Shown: positions 30,384 through 42,248, numbered from the stretch's first letter. The stretch: 64,000 bases of DNA from an uncultured Acidobacteriota bacterium (GCA_963751025.1 CAVVTC010000010.1:74121-138120), one strand, 5' to 3'. The notes: generated by a model from the sequence alone, not told the origin. Translations and numbers: made by a program.

Positions 30384-31879
30384 CTACGGCTGCGCCACTG
30401 CAGCTTCGAGCGCACCCGCGATGACGATCTTGCCGTCGGACTGAATAGCGATCCCACGAGCCGTTTCTGCGGTTCCAGCGGTGACGAGATTGATCGATGC
30501 CACCCCGCCCACGCCAAAAGTCGGGTCGAGGATGCCATCGGTGGTCAAACGGGCGACAACCATGTGACTGTCGCCGTTTTCTGTGAGGTGACCTGCCGCG
30601 TAAAGGCGATCCGAGGCGTCGAAAGCAACGCTCCAAAACCGGTTGTCCCCGGCAGGCGAGAGGGGCACTACTTGAGCCACATCGGCGCCCCCCGGCAGAG
30701 GCAACAAGACAAGCGTTGCCTGGCCGTCAAGCCTTCCGTGACGCTATAGCCGACGGCGGCCGCCCAGTTGCCACTCGGCGCCAGAGCCAGGCCATAAAAA
30801 TTCTCATCCGTGCCGCCGAAATCGTAGGTTTTCATCCCATCTTGATCAAAATCGCTCGCCAGGGTGCCATCCGCATTGAGGACGACGACAAGGGCATCGC
30901 CATTGCCAGCCACCGGCGTCGCCGTGCCGACGATGAGGACGCGATCGTCGGGGAGCACGGCGACATTGCGCCCGCGATCGTTTTCCCCAATGAAGTCAAG
31001 GACCACGGTCCCCCCCACACCCCAGGTGGGATCGAGTCGGCCGTCTGGTGTCAGGCGCATCGACACCAGATCGACCGTACCGGTCGCCGCGCTGCGGCCA
31101 TAGCCGGCCGTGACATAGTGCCCCGAGGACTGCTGGGCGAGTCCGTAGGCCTCGACCATCCCCCAGGGTTGCGTCACCGGGTCGTCCGGCATAAAGGGGT
31201 TTTCGTTTGCCACGCCTTCGAACCCAAACGCCACGTCGGGCGTGCCGTCATCATGGAGCCGCAGCAGCACGGCGCGATTGGCCGTCTGGGTTCCCGTTGC
31301 GGTGGGCTGCGCGGCGTAGCCTGCGGCCACGATATGGCCATCGGCCAACACGGTGCCATTGCGGACGTTGTCGTTGAGGTTGCCGACGTTGAGCGTATAG
31401 ATGCCCTCAGTCGCAAACGTGGTATCGAGCGCACCGTCAGCGGTGAGACGAATCACGAGGCGATCGCGATCCACCCGCGTCTCCGGGCCCTTGGCGGCAG
31501 CAAAGACGAGCAGGCGGTCTTGAGCATCGCTTGCCAGGTTCCATACGGTATCTCCCACCCCACCTGCATCAGGGCCAAAATCGAACTGGCGCACACCGTT
31601 TTCGCCAAATGAAGGGTCGATGACCCCATTCGGATCAAGCCGTACCAGGGCGATATTGATGTTGGGTCCCGCCGGCACCACACAGAGGGGCGCTTGGGCA
31701 CCGGCATGACCGACATGCAATAAGGCGACTCCCCACACAGCCCTCAACAGCCACCCGATCTGTCGCCAACGGGCCGGAGCCTCGAACCGATCACATCGTT
31801 CATTGCGTTCATTCGCGTCCCTCCTGACCTGAGCCATAGCCGGATCGGCAACCAGCCACCTGCGGCGATGTCGACTCAT
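30384..31879 (-). pseudogene. Secreted delta-60-repeat beta-propeller-like protein with one frame break near ~30690.
   Basis: The periodic motif DG-x-(L/I)D-x-x-FG-x-x-G recurs (LDPNGVIDPSFGENG, TADGALDTTFATEG, HDDGTPDVAFGFEG, TPDGRLDPTWGVGG, NADGTLASDFDQDG, TTDGILDPTFGVGG). There is a signal-like N-terminus. The tail is in ORF 30384..30707. Confidence 0.7.
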
Positions 31880-31896
31880 GGCATATCTCTACGAAA

Positions 31897-31915
31897 GATT
31901 ATGAGAATCATTATC
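31897..31915. promoter_or_regulatory. Fur-box-like site GATTATGAGAATCATTATC.
   Basis: It matches the Fur consensus at 17 of 19 positions by my alignment. It lies 18-36 nt upstream of the ATG (31879) of the first gene of the long minus-strand array. Confidence 0.65.
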
Positions 31916-32140
31916 ATATTTAAGCGTAAAAGGCTTATCTAGCCTTTGAAAACCCACTTGTAAGGGGTGTTAGAGGTAGTGTCGCATGGCAAGGCGTACG
32001 AGTAGGAATCATGGGGCGAGACAGGCGCCAGCGGCAGTAAAATGCAACGCTCGGGTTTTTCTCAGCCGGGGCTCTGTGTTACGCTTGTATCGCGATAGGG
32101 TGAAAAACGAGACAGTGGCCCTGCTCGCAAAGAAGGTATT

Positions 32141-34006
32141 ATGAACCGAGACACGTTCAAACAGCGGCTGGCAAACGGTCCATTGCTCCTAGATGGGGCG
32201 ATGGGGACGTTGTTATACGGCAAAGGCATCTCTATCGACCAGTGTTTTGATGCGCTCAACCGCCGTGAGCCCCAGGCAGTGGCCAGCATTTATCGCGACT
32301 ACATCGATGCGGGTGCCGACGTGCTGGAGACCAATACCTTTGCTTCCAATCGCTTTAAGTTAGCGGAGTACGGGTTGCAAAATGACGTGCTGGAGCTGAA
32401 TACCGCCGCGGTTGCCATTGCTCGACGGGTCATTGCGGCCTCGTTTAAGCCCATGCTGTTGGCCGGGGCGATTGGTCCGTTAGGGGTGCGTCTTGCACCG
32501 CTTGGGCGGGTGCGTCGCCCGAAGCCGAAGCCGCTTTCCGCGAGCAAATCGAGGCATTGGTGAACGCCGAACCCAAAGGCGTGGACTTACTCATTCTGGA
32601 GACGATGGCCGATCTCAAAGAGGTCGAAATTGCCGTGGACGTGGCGCGACCTGGTTGCTCCCGCATCTACCCATCGTGGCCCAAATGGCCTTTACCCACG
32701 ACGATCGAACCTTCATCGGTCACAGCCCGGATGAGGCCGCACGAACGCTTTCGGGATTTGACGTCGACATGATCGGGGTTAACTGCAGCAGTGGTCCGGC
32801 GCAGAGTGTTACGTCTGATCAGCATGATGAAAGCAGTGGTGCCGGACATGCCCATTGCCGCGGTGCCCAATGCGGGATGGCCCGAGCAAACCAAAGGCGG
32901 CCGGGTGATGTATGCCGCCACGCCAGCATATTTTGCCAGATATACCCGGGCATTCCGTGAAGTGGGAGCCGGCTTGATTGGCGGTTGCTGTGGCACCACC
33001 GACATGCACATCGCGGCCATGCGCCAGGCTCTGGACACACCTGGAGAAAATCCCATCCCCATGCCGCGCGTCAAGCTGACTGCAGCGCGATAGCCACCCC
33101 CACGGAATGGTCGATCAGCCCACCCAACTGGCACAATACTTCAACGAAGGCACGTTTGTCGTGACGGTGGAAATGAGTCCGCCCAAAGGCGTGGGGGCCG
33201 AACCTCTGCTGCAGAGTGCGCACATGCTGAAAGAGGCCGGAGCGAATCATCCTCAATCTGGCCGATAGCCCACTGGCCCGCATGCGGATGAGCGCCTGGG
33301 CCGCAGCCTATTTGGTGCAACGGGAAGTGGGACTGGAAACCATTCTTCACTTTCCCACCCGGGGGCGCAATTTGCTGCGCATTCAGGGCGATCTCTTAGC
33401 GGCCCATGCCATGGGTATCCGCAATCTGTTCGTCACAATGGGAGACCCGACTCGCATCGGCGACTTTCCGGAGGCCATGGATAGCTATGACATCGTGCCG
33501 ACAGGGCTGATGCAACTCATTACCCAACAATTCAATGCCGGGGTAGATAAAGCGGGCACACCGCCTCGATCAGGCAACGTCTTTTGTAGGGGGGTGCGCG
33601 CTCAACTTAACCCCCAAGGACGTCGAGCGCGAGATGACCTTATTGCGCAAGAAAGTCCGCAATGGTGCCGGTTTTGCCCTCACCCAACCCGTGTTTGATG
33701 CGGCGGCAGCCCGCGCTTTTATCGACACCTACGAAACGCGCTATGAGGAGCCAATGATCCCGATCCTCGCAGGCATTAAACTGTTACACAACGGTCGCAA
33801 TGCCGATTTTCTACACAACGAAGTCCCGGGCATGGTCATACCGGAGGCATATCGCCAGCGCATGCATGCGGCCGATCGACCCCCAGCAGACCGGCGTCCA
33901 AATTGCGCAGGAACTCATGGAGGAGATAAAACCATTTGTCCAGGGCGTGTATTTGATGTCCAATTTTGGCCGCTATGACCTCGTCGCGGATGTCATCGGT
34001 AGATAA
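32141..34006 (+). pseudogene. Bifunctional homocysteine S-methyltransferase / 5,10-methylenetetrahydrofolate reductase (YitJ-like) with many frame breaks.
   Basis: The HMT part has LLDGAMGT, LETNTFASN, IGVNCSSGP and GGCCGTTDMHI. The MTHFR part has VTVEMSPPKG, ILHFPTRGRN and AGFALTQPVFD. The gene is spread over ORFs 32141..32563, 32557..32772, 32493..32960, 32791..33093, 33282..33698, 33634..33978 and 33800..34006. Confidence 0.8.
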
Positions 34007-34095
34007 TCCAATTTTTCAATCCACGGCCCCGCCGGGTTGGCCTCTCCATCAGACGCCATTGCCGATCGGGTGTAAACCCTACCTGGGAGAGCCAA

Positions 34096-34824
34096 TTGCC
34101 GGATATAACAAGCTTGCTTGTAGTGGGAAGTGCGGCGACACTCGGCTTCACGATCGCCGGTGTTGCCGGTTTTGGCGGCGGTGTCGTCATGATGCCAGTG
34201 CTGGTGTGGGTACTCGGTCCTCGTGAGGCGATCCCCATTCTGAGCGTGGCGCAGTTTATTGCCTCAGCCGTGCGTTTTTGGATGTACCGTCAGTCCACCA
34301 CTTGGCCCGTTGTTCGCTGGTTCTCGGTGGGTGCCATCCCCGTCGCGATATTGGCTAGTTTGCTCTATGTCCGAACACCTGCGGCTCTTTTCGTGCGATT
34401 TTTGGGCGCCGGTATGTTGGCGCTCGTCGCCTATCGGTTTACGCCCTGGGGCAAACGCACGACCATGCAACTACGCGGTTTTGTTCTTGTCGGTGGCGTT
34501 ACGAGCTTTTTCTCAGGCTATCTCGGAGTTGGAGGCCCTGTACCTGCGCCCTTCCTACTCGCCTATGGTCTCGTTGGCAGCGCCTATATCGGCACAATCG
34601 GCTGCTGCACCATGCTGACCCAATTTTTCAAACTGATCGTCTTTGGCAGCCATTCACTGCTCTCCCCCACCACCCTCTTGATGGGCGCCGGGATTGGCGC
34701 TATTTCCTGGGTCGGGACCTCTCTAGCGCGGCATCTTGTCCACCGATTACCCAGGGCCTGGTTCGTCCGTTTCATTGAAGGCATGCTGATTGTATCAGGC
34801 TTGTTGTTGTTGCTGAGGGGATAA
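34096..34824 (+). CDS. TauE/SafE-family sulfite-exporter-like membrane protein.
   Basis: This is an intact 242-aa polytopic protein with the repeated G-rich helices typical of the family (AGVAGFGGGVVMMPVL.., ..FFSGYLGVGGPVPAPFL). Confidence 0.8.
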   Translation: MPDITSLLVVGSAATLGFTIAGVAGFGGGVVMMPVLVWVLGPREAIPILSVAQFIASAVRFWMYRQSTTWPVVRWFSVGAIPVAILASLLYVRTPAALFVRFLGAGMLALVAYRFTPWGKRTTMQLRGFVLVGGVTSFFSGYLGVGGPVPAPFLLAYGLVGSAYIGTIGCCTMLTQFFKLIVFGSHSLLSPTTLLMGAGIGAISWVGTSLARHLVHRLPRAWFVRFIEGMLIVSGLLLLLRG

Positions 34825-34959
34825 GAGGCGATGAAACCGCCTGGATATTGCGCCGAGTCGCTCTTGAGCCTTTGCGGCGATTACAGTATGGTAAGATAGG
34901 ATTCGGTTGACACAAGCACCTGTGAAAGCAGTTTGATGCGTGCCATCAAGGAGGCAACC

Positions 34960-35273
34960 ATGGCTGAGCAACGTCCAGCAATTTACGACAGCAACCCGAA
35001 ACTAGGCGAACTCCGCGACAACGTGCTGTTCGGCGATGTCTGGGAGCAAGCGGACTTATCCAAGCGCGACCGGAGTTTGGTCACGATTACCGCGCTCATC
35101 GCCTTGTATCGCACGGGCGAGTTGCGTGGTCACCTGAAGCGTGCCCTGGCCAACGGAGTGACCAAGGACGAAATCGTGGCGTCATTACCCATTTAGCGTT
35201 TTACGCCGGTTGGCCCACTGCTGCCAATGCCGTGCAAGTCGCCAAAGAGGTTTTTAACGAAGAGGGCATTTAA
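34960..35273 (+). pseudogene. Carboxymuconolactone-decarboxylase-family protein with one frame break near 35190.
   Basis: AGGAGG precedes ATG 34960. The translation ..DRSLVTITALIALYRTGELRGHLKRALANGVTKDEIVA.. continues after a 1-nt shift as ..HLAFYAGWPTAANAVQVAKEVF..*, ending at TAA 35271-35273. Confidence 0.75.
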
Positions 35274-35502
35274 GAGACGAAGCCTCCATCCAAGATGAGA
35301 TACGGTGCTGGCACTTTCACGGCGACACATGTCGCCGCTGCCGACCCTGTTACAGAGCTGGTTGTTGAACGCGACATGGGAGGGTTTCAATGAGACGTGA
35401 CCGGCTCATCAGGCTTTACATCTGTTGCTATCAAATGGCTTTTTTGATACAACTAGGATCTGATACGGAATCCAAGCGACCGTTTAACAGGAAGGACGCC
35501 CT

Positions 35503-36304
35503 ATGGACGTCTTGTCAATCACACAGATTCCAACCCTCAATCGCCCGATCCTCTTGTTGGCCTTTACCGGTTGGAATGATGCTGGAACGGCTGCGACGTT
35601 TGCCACTAAGTTTCTGCTGCAGCGCCTCGCTGCCCGCAAATTTGCGGATATCGATCCGGAAACGTTTTACAATTTCGTCGAACTCCGACCCGACCGTGCG
35701 GATGAAAAACGGCGAGCGCATCATCAGCTGGCCCAAAAATGAGTTTTCTTACGCCAAAGATTCGGGTCTGGTACAAGATGTCATTCTGGGTCTGGGGGTT
35801 GAGCCCCATTTGCGCTGGCGTTCGTATATGGATGCCATTATGCGCGTCGTCAAAGAATGCAACGTCGAATTGGTCGTCACCTTGGGTGCTCTATTGGCGG
35901 ATGTGGCCTATTCCCGCCCGGTGCGGATTACCGGGACGGCGAGCGAACCCGCTTTGGCACGCCGTCTCAATTTGGGCGTCTCTAAATACGAAGGCCCCAC
36001 TGGCATCGTCGGCGTTTTGAACGATACGTGCCGCCAACAGGGATTGCCGGCCATTAGCATTTGGGCCAACGTACCGCACTACATTGCGGCCACCCCCAAT
36101 GTCAAGGCGGCCTTGGCGATCGTGCGGCGCGTGCTGACCCTGCTCGATTACAGCACCGATCTCACCGACTTGGAGCGGGCCTCGGTTGAATTCGACAAAC
36201 GCGTTGCAGATGTATTGGCCTCGGATCCGAACGTGGCCGACTACGTGCGCCGCCTTGAGGAGCGCGACGACGCTGAAAACGCCGATAGACAGTCAAGACG
36301 ATGA
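35503..36304 (+). pseudogene. PAC2-family (proteasome-assembly-chaperone-like) protein with one frame break near ~35690.
   Basis: ORF 35503..35742 reads MDVLSITQIPTLNRPILLLAFTGWNDAGTAAT... It continues in ORF 35390..36304 (..GVEPHLRWRSY..LVVTLGALLADVAYSRPVRITG..YEGPTGIVGVLN..). Confidence 0.75.
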
Positions 36305-36404
36305 GATTAGCGCCTTGCCAAGCGGCGAGGAATTGGCCCGGGAACTCGAAGCAGTTTCTGCGTGAACAACGGCGTGGTCCTGATGAGAATACTTAGCGTC
36401 CCCG

Positions 36405-37441
36405 GTGACCGCCATGCGCCAGGTTTGTATTCCCCACTATGGGCGGCCGGAGGTGTTGCGTCTGCAGGACGTTCCAGAGCCGCCACTCACACCTGCTGGC
36501 GTGCGCATTGCCGTGCATGCCAGCGGGGTGAACTTCGCAGATGTGCTCGCCCGTCAGGGACTTTATCCAGACTGCCCCAAACCGCCGGTGGTCGTGGGTT
36601 ACGAAGTGGCCGGGCGTGTCTCGAAGTCGGGGCGGAAGTGACGGGTATCGATCAGTGGCCAGCGCGTCGTGGCCCTAACACGTTTTGGGGGTTATGCGGA
36701 CCAGGTGGTGGTGCCGTCCCATCAGGTGTTTGCCCTTCCAGACGACATACCGTTCACCGATGCCGCAGCGCTGCCGGTCAATTATCTAACCGCCTATCTC
36801 ATGCTGTACGTCTGTGGCCACTTGCAGACCGGTGAACACGTGCTGATCCACGGTGCTGCCGGCGGGGTAGGGCTCGCTGCCGTTCAACTTTGCCGCTTGC
36901 GCCAAGCCGATATTTATGCCACGGCTTCAGTGCATAAACATGCCTTTTTGCAGCAGCAAGGTGTGCATCATACCTTTGCGTATACCCCCAAGCCTACTGC
37001 GCCAGGGTATTCAAACCGCGACTGGCCGGTCGCGGCGTCGATATCGTACTCGATCCACACGGGGGCCGATCGTTCGCCCAAAGCTACCGGCTCTTGGCGC
37101 CACTGGGCCGTTTGATCATGTTTGGCGTGTCGCACGCTTGAGTCCAGGCATGCGTCGCAACCCCTTGATCGCGCTCTGGCACTTACTGCGCATGCCATGG
37201 TTTCATCCCATACGTCTCCTCAATGACAATACCGCCGTCATCGGCGTCAACTTAGGGCATCTGTGGGAACACTGGCGCTGTTGCACACAGGCCATGACGC
37301 ACATTCTTGTCCCTGTATCAACAACAACATATTTGTCCTATTATTGCCCGTCAGTTCGAACTTTCTGAGGCATCTGCTGCACATCAGTATATGCAAGATC
37401 GCAGAAATATTGGTAAAATCCTACTCATTGTAGATACCTAA
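36405..37441 (+). pseudogene. Zinc-type/MDR-family quinone oxidoreductase with several frame breaks.
   Basis: GVNFADVLARQGLYP.., ..VLIHGAAGGVGLAAVQL.. and the tail ..ARQFELSEASAAHQYMQDRRNIGKILLIVDT* are present. Pieces lie in ORFs 36405..36641, 36669..37115 and 36916..37368. Confidence 0.75.
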
Positions 37442-37985
37442 GGAAATGTCAGTTGATACGAATTTCTATGACTTATGTGTGTATGCGAAGCGACAACGAA
37501 CAGGAATCTGTTGCGCTTTAGCGACAAAAGACATATTTCCCAAATCAATGATTTAGGATTCAATGGTCGATTTCATGTCGCAAAATGGCAACAAAAAACT
37601 TCTATATTTGCCCTTCAAATCTCCTTCTTATCCCTCAAGCACGCTGTCCATATAGAGAAACACCTAGAAAGAAAACCTCTTTGGCATGAGTTTTGCCTGA
37701 GACTATTTCGAGTATAGAAAAGATCGGTCAATACGATGATATGTAAAGGCTCTTCTTCCATAGTGGAAACGACTTGGTGCCCATCTCTGTCCAAGTGCAT
37801 ATCGGGTGGCAGGAAGGCAGAGCTATAGGAAGGGCATGTTCGATCGTGCACGAGACTATGGTGCCCTCGTCCAATTTAGTTAGTATAGTGTAACTAGAAA
37901 CGGATCGCGCAGTAGCTTCTAGAAGCCATATCGTCAGGATTTTACGAAAACCACATTTCTTGAAATTGAGGGGCTGATCCCCTAC

Positions 37986-39723
37986 GTGAATATCCACCGA
38001 CTGGACCCTGAACCTGCCTTTGCACAACCCCATCGGCCTCCATACGGACTCGAAGCACAAGACTGCCTCGAGTCCCGTCTCACGCCTCCTTCACCATCTG
38101 CAGAGGATCAGCCTCGCTACCGGGAAAGACTCAGCAACCCTCCAAGAGAGACCATGGCCCTATATCTCAGTGGTGATTTATAGTTACAATGGGGCACACA
38201 CGATCCGCGACAGCCTGGAAGTTTATCGCGTCTTAACTATCCCACATACGAAGTCATCGTTGTCGATGATGGCTCGACAGATACGACGGCGTCGATCGTT
38301 CAAGCCTATGGTTCCAGTTTATCAGCACTGAACATCGAGGACTTAGTAATGCCCGCAATACAGGCATGCAGGCAGCTCATGGCGAGATCGTGGCTTATAT
38401 TAATGCCGATGTCTATCCAGACCCACATTGGTTGAGCATCTGGCGATCACCTTTATCGCACCAACCATGTCGGGGTGGGCGGCCCCATCTCATGTCCGAC
38501 GACGGCGGCTGGATTGCCGATTGCGTAGCCAATGCACCGGGTGGGCCCGTCCATGTGCTCCTTTGCGACCGAGATGTCGCGCACATTCAGGTTGCAATAT
38601 GGCCTTTCGCAAAAGTACCCTGCAGTCGATCGGCGGATTCGACCCACGATACCAATAGCCGGCGATGATGTCGATGTGTGCTGGCGACTCCAGCGACGCG
38701 GATGGACACTTGGCTTTCATCCCGAGGCCGTTCTTTGGCATCGCGATCATTACTCAATTCGCACGTACTGGAACCAGCAAAAAGGTCACGGCAATGCCGA
38801 GATTTTACTCGAAGAAAAATGGCCATTGGCAAACCGTGAATTCGGCTATTTGGCCTGGTCGGGTCGGCTCCACAGCAGACATTTAAACCGAGCGATCAAC
38901 CTGCGACAGGACCATATGCCTCAAGGTGGTGGAGCCACGTACGGTGTCAACACTTTCAAGAATCTGGGTCATATGTGCTCCCCGTGCTACCCTTGATGCC
39001 GTCGTGGTATTTGCTAACCGGGGCTCTGACGGTGCTCGCCCTGCTCAGTGTGTTATGGTCACCCTTGCGCTACAGCCTGCCATTGCTGATGATCGCCGTC
39101 AGCGGCCCCCTCGTCCAAGCGGTATTACGGGGGAACGCCGCGATTTTTGCTTCTGGCGTCGCAGTCACCTACCATGCGCTTAAAGTATGGGCTCTTAACC
39201 GCATATCTGCACTTGCTACAACCGATCGCCCGCCTGTATGGCCGTCTCAACAAGCGCCTCACCCGGCAACGGGGCCATCAGCAACTGAGGCTACTCTGGC
39301 CCCGCACCATGACGATTTGGCGCGAGCATCATCGGGCTTCCGCCAATCCGCTACAATCCTTGAAAACGACATTATGCGAGGACGCCCTGTTTGTTCAACA
39401 AGGTAGCAGTCGAGACCGCTGGGATCTGGAAGTGCGCGGGGGATTATTCTGGCAAGGTCCAAACCCGTATGATCGTTAAAGAACCAGGGGCCAACAAACC
39501 CATCGATTCGTTTTCGGGCATGGCCGATGGGATCGATTTATGGCGTTGCCTTAAGCCTACTCTTTACCCTCCTGTGTATAGGAGCGATTTTAGATCAGGC
39601 CTATGGGTCGCAATATTCTCGGCTGTGTACGCCATCACGGTCATTTACCGCATGTGGCAGGAGAGCGCCTGGGCCATGTCAAACCTGCTTGAAGGACTCA
39701 AACGTCTGGGGGCGAGAGAGTAG
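37986..39723 (+). pseudogene. Family-2 glycosyltransferase with a C-terminal membrane domain and many frame breaks. The start is uncertain.
   Basis: ISVVIYSYNGAHTIRDSLE, (V)VVDDGSTDTT (frame-hopping), GEIVAYINADV, GCNMAFRKSTLQSIGGFD and DVDVCWRLQRRGW are present. TM-rich tail pieces extend to the stop at 39723. Confidence 0.65.
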
Positions 39724-39755
39724 GCCGACTCGCCACCCGGGCATGCGCATGTCAT

Positions 39756-40394
39756 CTAGGGTACCTGAACCAAAGCCTCGATGACGGTATCAATATCTAT
39801 CACATCACCGTATTTCGAATCGATATCGAACAGATTGACAGCATGCGACATGGCGACACGATCCGCCACACACTGACGCGGCACGATGACGCGAAATCCT
39901 GCCGAAACCGCATCAATGACAGTTGCACGCACACAGCCGCTGGTCGAATTGCCCGTAATGATCACCGTATCCACCCCGCAAGTCGTCAGATAAGAGTGCA
40001 TGGTCGTGCCATAAAAGCCACTTGGAAACTGCTTTTCGAGCACCAACTCACCTGGCTCCGGTGCGAGTTCAGGGACAATTTGGGTCTCCTTGCTGTCGGG
40101 CCGCAAGGCCTCTAGGGCCGGTACTTTTTTGACAAACCAGCCACCATCGCGAAACTGACCTTCACGGTAGACCACCGTGGTATGCACCACGGGAATGTCC
40201 TTAGCGCGCGCCAGATCGAGCAGTCGGCGGATGTGCTTAATTTCCTCCGACATCTCAATGCCAATGGGCGAGATCGCGGGGTCTGCGCAGCCGTGATTAC
40301 AATCGATAATCAACAGAGCCGGTTTGGCGCCAAAACCAATGCGATTGGCAAATCCAATTTGGCTGTAATAATCCTCAGCTTGAGAGAGGTCCAT
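39756..40394 (-). CDS. Isochorismatase-family cysteine hydrolase (N-carbamoylsarcosine-amidase-like).
   Basis: PALLIIDCNHG and VIITGNSTSGCVRATVIDA (the Cys nucleophile region) are present in an intact 212-aa ORF. Confidence 0.85.
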   Translation of the reverse strand: MDLSQAEDYYSQIGFANRIGFGAKPALLIIDCNHGCADPAISPIGIEMSEEIKHIRRLLDLARAKDIPVVHTTVVYREGQFRDGGWFVKKVPALEALRPDSKETQIVPELAPEPGELVLEKQFPSGFYGTTMHSYLTTCGVDTVIITGNSTSGCVRATVIDAVSAGFRVIVPRQCVADRVAMSHAVNLFDIDSKYGDVIDIDTVIEALVQVP

Positions 40395-40552
40395 CGTCGC
40401 GTGCCTTCTCCAGTAGGGGGCAGGATGTCAGATACGAGCCGAATCCGCTCTGGATTCCACGTGGAGGGGTATTGTACCATGCTTGACAAGGTATTGAATA
40501 TGGCGTCTATCAGACGGCACTTGCATGGATGTTACAGACAGGAGCGTACACA

Positions 40553-42160
40553 TGGACGATCTGCTGATTCGCGGCGCGCAAATTATCGATGGCAGCGGCT
40601 GCGGCTGGCTTTACCGGTGATGTCGCCATACGCGATGGGCGGATTTGCGCGGTGACCACCGAGCCTGCCGGACAGGCGCAGCGCGTCATGGATGGCACCG
40701 GGCTGGTACTGGCCCCCGGTTTTATCGATATTCACACCCACTCCGACTTCACCTTGCCGCTCAACCCCCTGGCAGAGGGCAAAATCCGCCAGGGGGTAAC
40801 CACCGAGGTCGTGGGCAATTGCGGTTTTTCCGTCGCTCCGGCACTGCCGGGTAAAGCGGATTTACTACGGGATTATCTGGCCGCCAGTGCCCCCTGGTAC
40901 GACTTTCGCGAGACCACATTCGCGGCATACATGGAGGCATTCCCTGCCACCTCGGTCAACACCATCATGCAGGCCGGCCATCATACCTTGCGCCTGATGG
41001 CCATGGGCACCGACGATCGGCCCCCAACCGACACCGAACTTTTGCACATGCAGGAGATGCTTGAAGAAGCGCTGCAAGCGGGTGCCATCGGGCTCTCTTC
41101 GGGGTTGTTCACCACCCCAGGCGGCTACGCTTCCAGCGACGAAATGGTGGCCCTGGGTCATGTCTTGCGACGCCACGGCGGCGCCTATTCATCGCACGTC
41201 CGTGATGAAGCAAACCACGTGTTTGACGCCGTGCGCGAGGCCATTGCCGTGGGGGAAACCTGCGGTATCCACGTGCAAATTGCCCATCTCAAGCTTTCCG
41301 GAACCGATAACTGGGGTGGCGCTTCAGAATTGTTGGGCGAGATCGAAGCGGCTCGCGAACGCGGCGTCGAGGTAGACTGTGACCAATACCCTTATACGGC
41401 GGCGACCAACCCCTTGCGCAACCTCTTACCCACCTGGGTGCAAGCCGGCGGGATGGCCGCCATGTTAGCCCGGTTAGCCGATCCAGATACCAGGCAGCGG
41501 CTGCGTCAGGACATCGAGGCGCAAGGACTCAATAATTTTGGTCGCATTGCTTCGTGGGATGACGTCCGCATTGCCATTTCACCCCACCAACCGCAGTACG
41601 CTGGACAAACCATAGGCGCCATCGCTCGCGAGCGCAGCTGTGATCCTTTGGATGCCGTCTGTGATTACCTCGTCGACGATCAGGGACACACGCGCATCTT
41701 GATCACCTCGATGTCAGAAGATGATGTACAAGCCATTTTGCGCTCCCCCAGCATGCTCGTGGGTTCCGATGGGACATCTCTAGCGCCCTATGGCATCACC
41801 GGACAGGGGAAACCGCATCCTCGCTTTTACGGCACTTTTGCCCGCATCCTTGGGCACTACGTGCGCGATTTAGGTCTGTTGCCGCTGCCGCAAGCGATCT
41901 ACAAAATGACGGGTGGTTCGGCTAAAGCACTCGGGTTGGTTGATCGAGGCTTCATTCGCGAGGGCTACTGGGCGGATCTCACCTTGTTTGATCCTCAAAC
42001 GATTGATGCGATGTCGACCTACGAGGAGCCGCATCAGTACGCAAGAGGCATTCAAGCGGTGATGGTCAACGGTCAAGTCGTCATTGACGAGGGCGAGCAT
42101 GTGGGCGCTTTGCCAGGACGTGTCTTGCGTCGCGGCACCCAGGGTGTCGGTGTGGCATAG
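40553..42160 (+). CDS. N-acyl-D-amino-acid deacylase (D-aminoacylase) family amidohydrolase. There is an indel in the first ~20 codons.
   Basis: ATG 40553 gives MDDLLIRGAQIIDGSG... This shifts into ORF 40589..42160 (..DVAIRDGRICAV..PGFIDIHTHSD..VTTEVVGNCG..YSSHVRDE..). Confidence 0.85.
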
Positions 42161-42184
42161 ACGATAGTAGAACCTCAAAGATCA

Positions 42185-42233
42185 GACGCCAACCGTCAAT
42201 GAACTGCTGGTTAACCCAGCAACGGTTGGCGTC
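42185..42233. terminator. Compound hairpin after the D-aminoacylase gene.
   Basis: The outer 12-bp perfect stem is GACGCCAACCGT (42185-42196) / ACGGTTGGCGTC (42222-42233). It encloses an inner 6-bp stem, TGCTGG-ttaac-CCAGCA. Confidence 0.55.
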
Positions 42234-42248
42234 AAGCCATCTCTTCAC

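Noticed and set aside
30716-31612. 298-aa plus-strand ORF.
   Set aside because: It is antisense to the delta-60 repeat gene. It is Arg/Gly-rich with low complexity, whereas the minus frame shows the periodic repeat motif.
31920-32140. Possible riboswitch (SAM, SAH, cobalamin or THF) in the leader of the homocysteine methyltransferase/MTHFR gene.
   Set aside because: I looked for the SAM-I core and for B12-box-like elements. A GCCACTG-like string appears only on the opposite strand. I found no convincing conserved cores, and this cannot be settled without a covariance-model scan.
37475-38060. ORFs 37475..37717 (+) and 37728..38060 (-) in the AT-rich gap.
   Set aside because: They have no RBS and an odd composition, and they overlap each other's region. 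I treated the region as non-coding.
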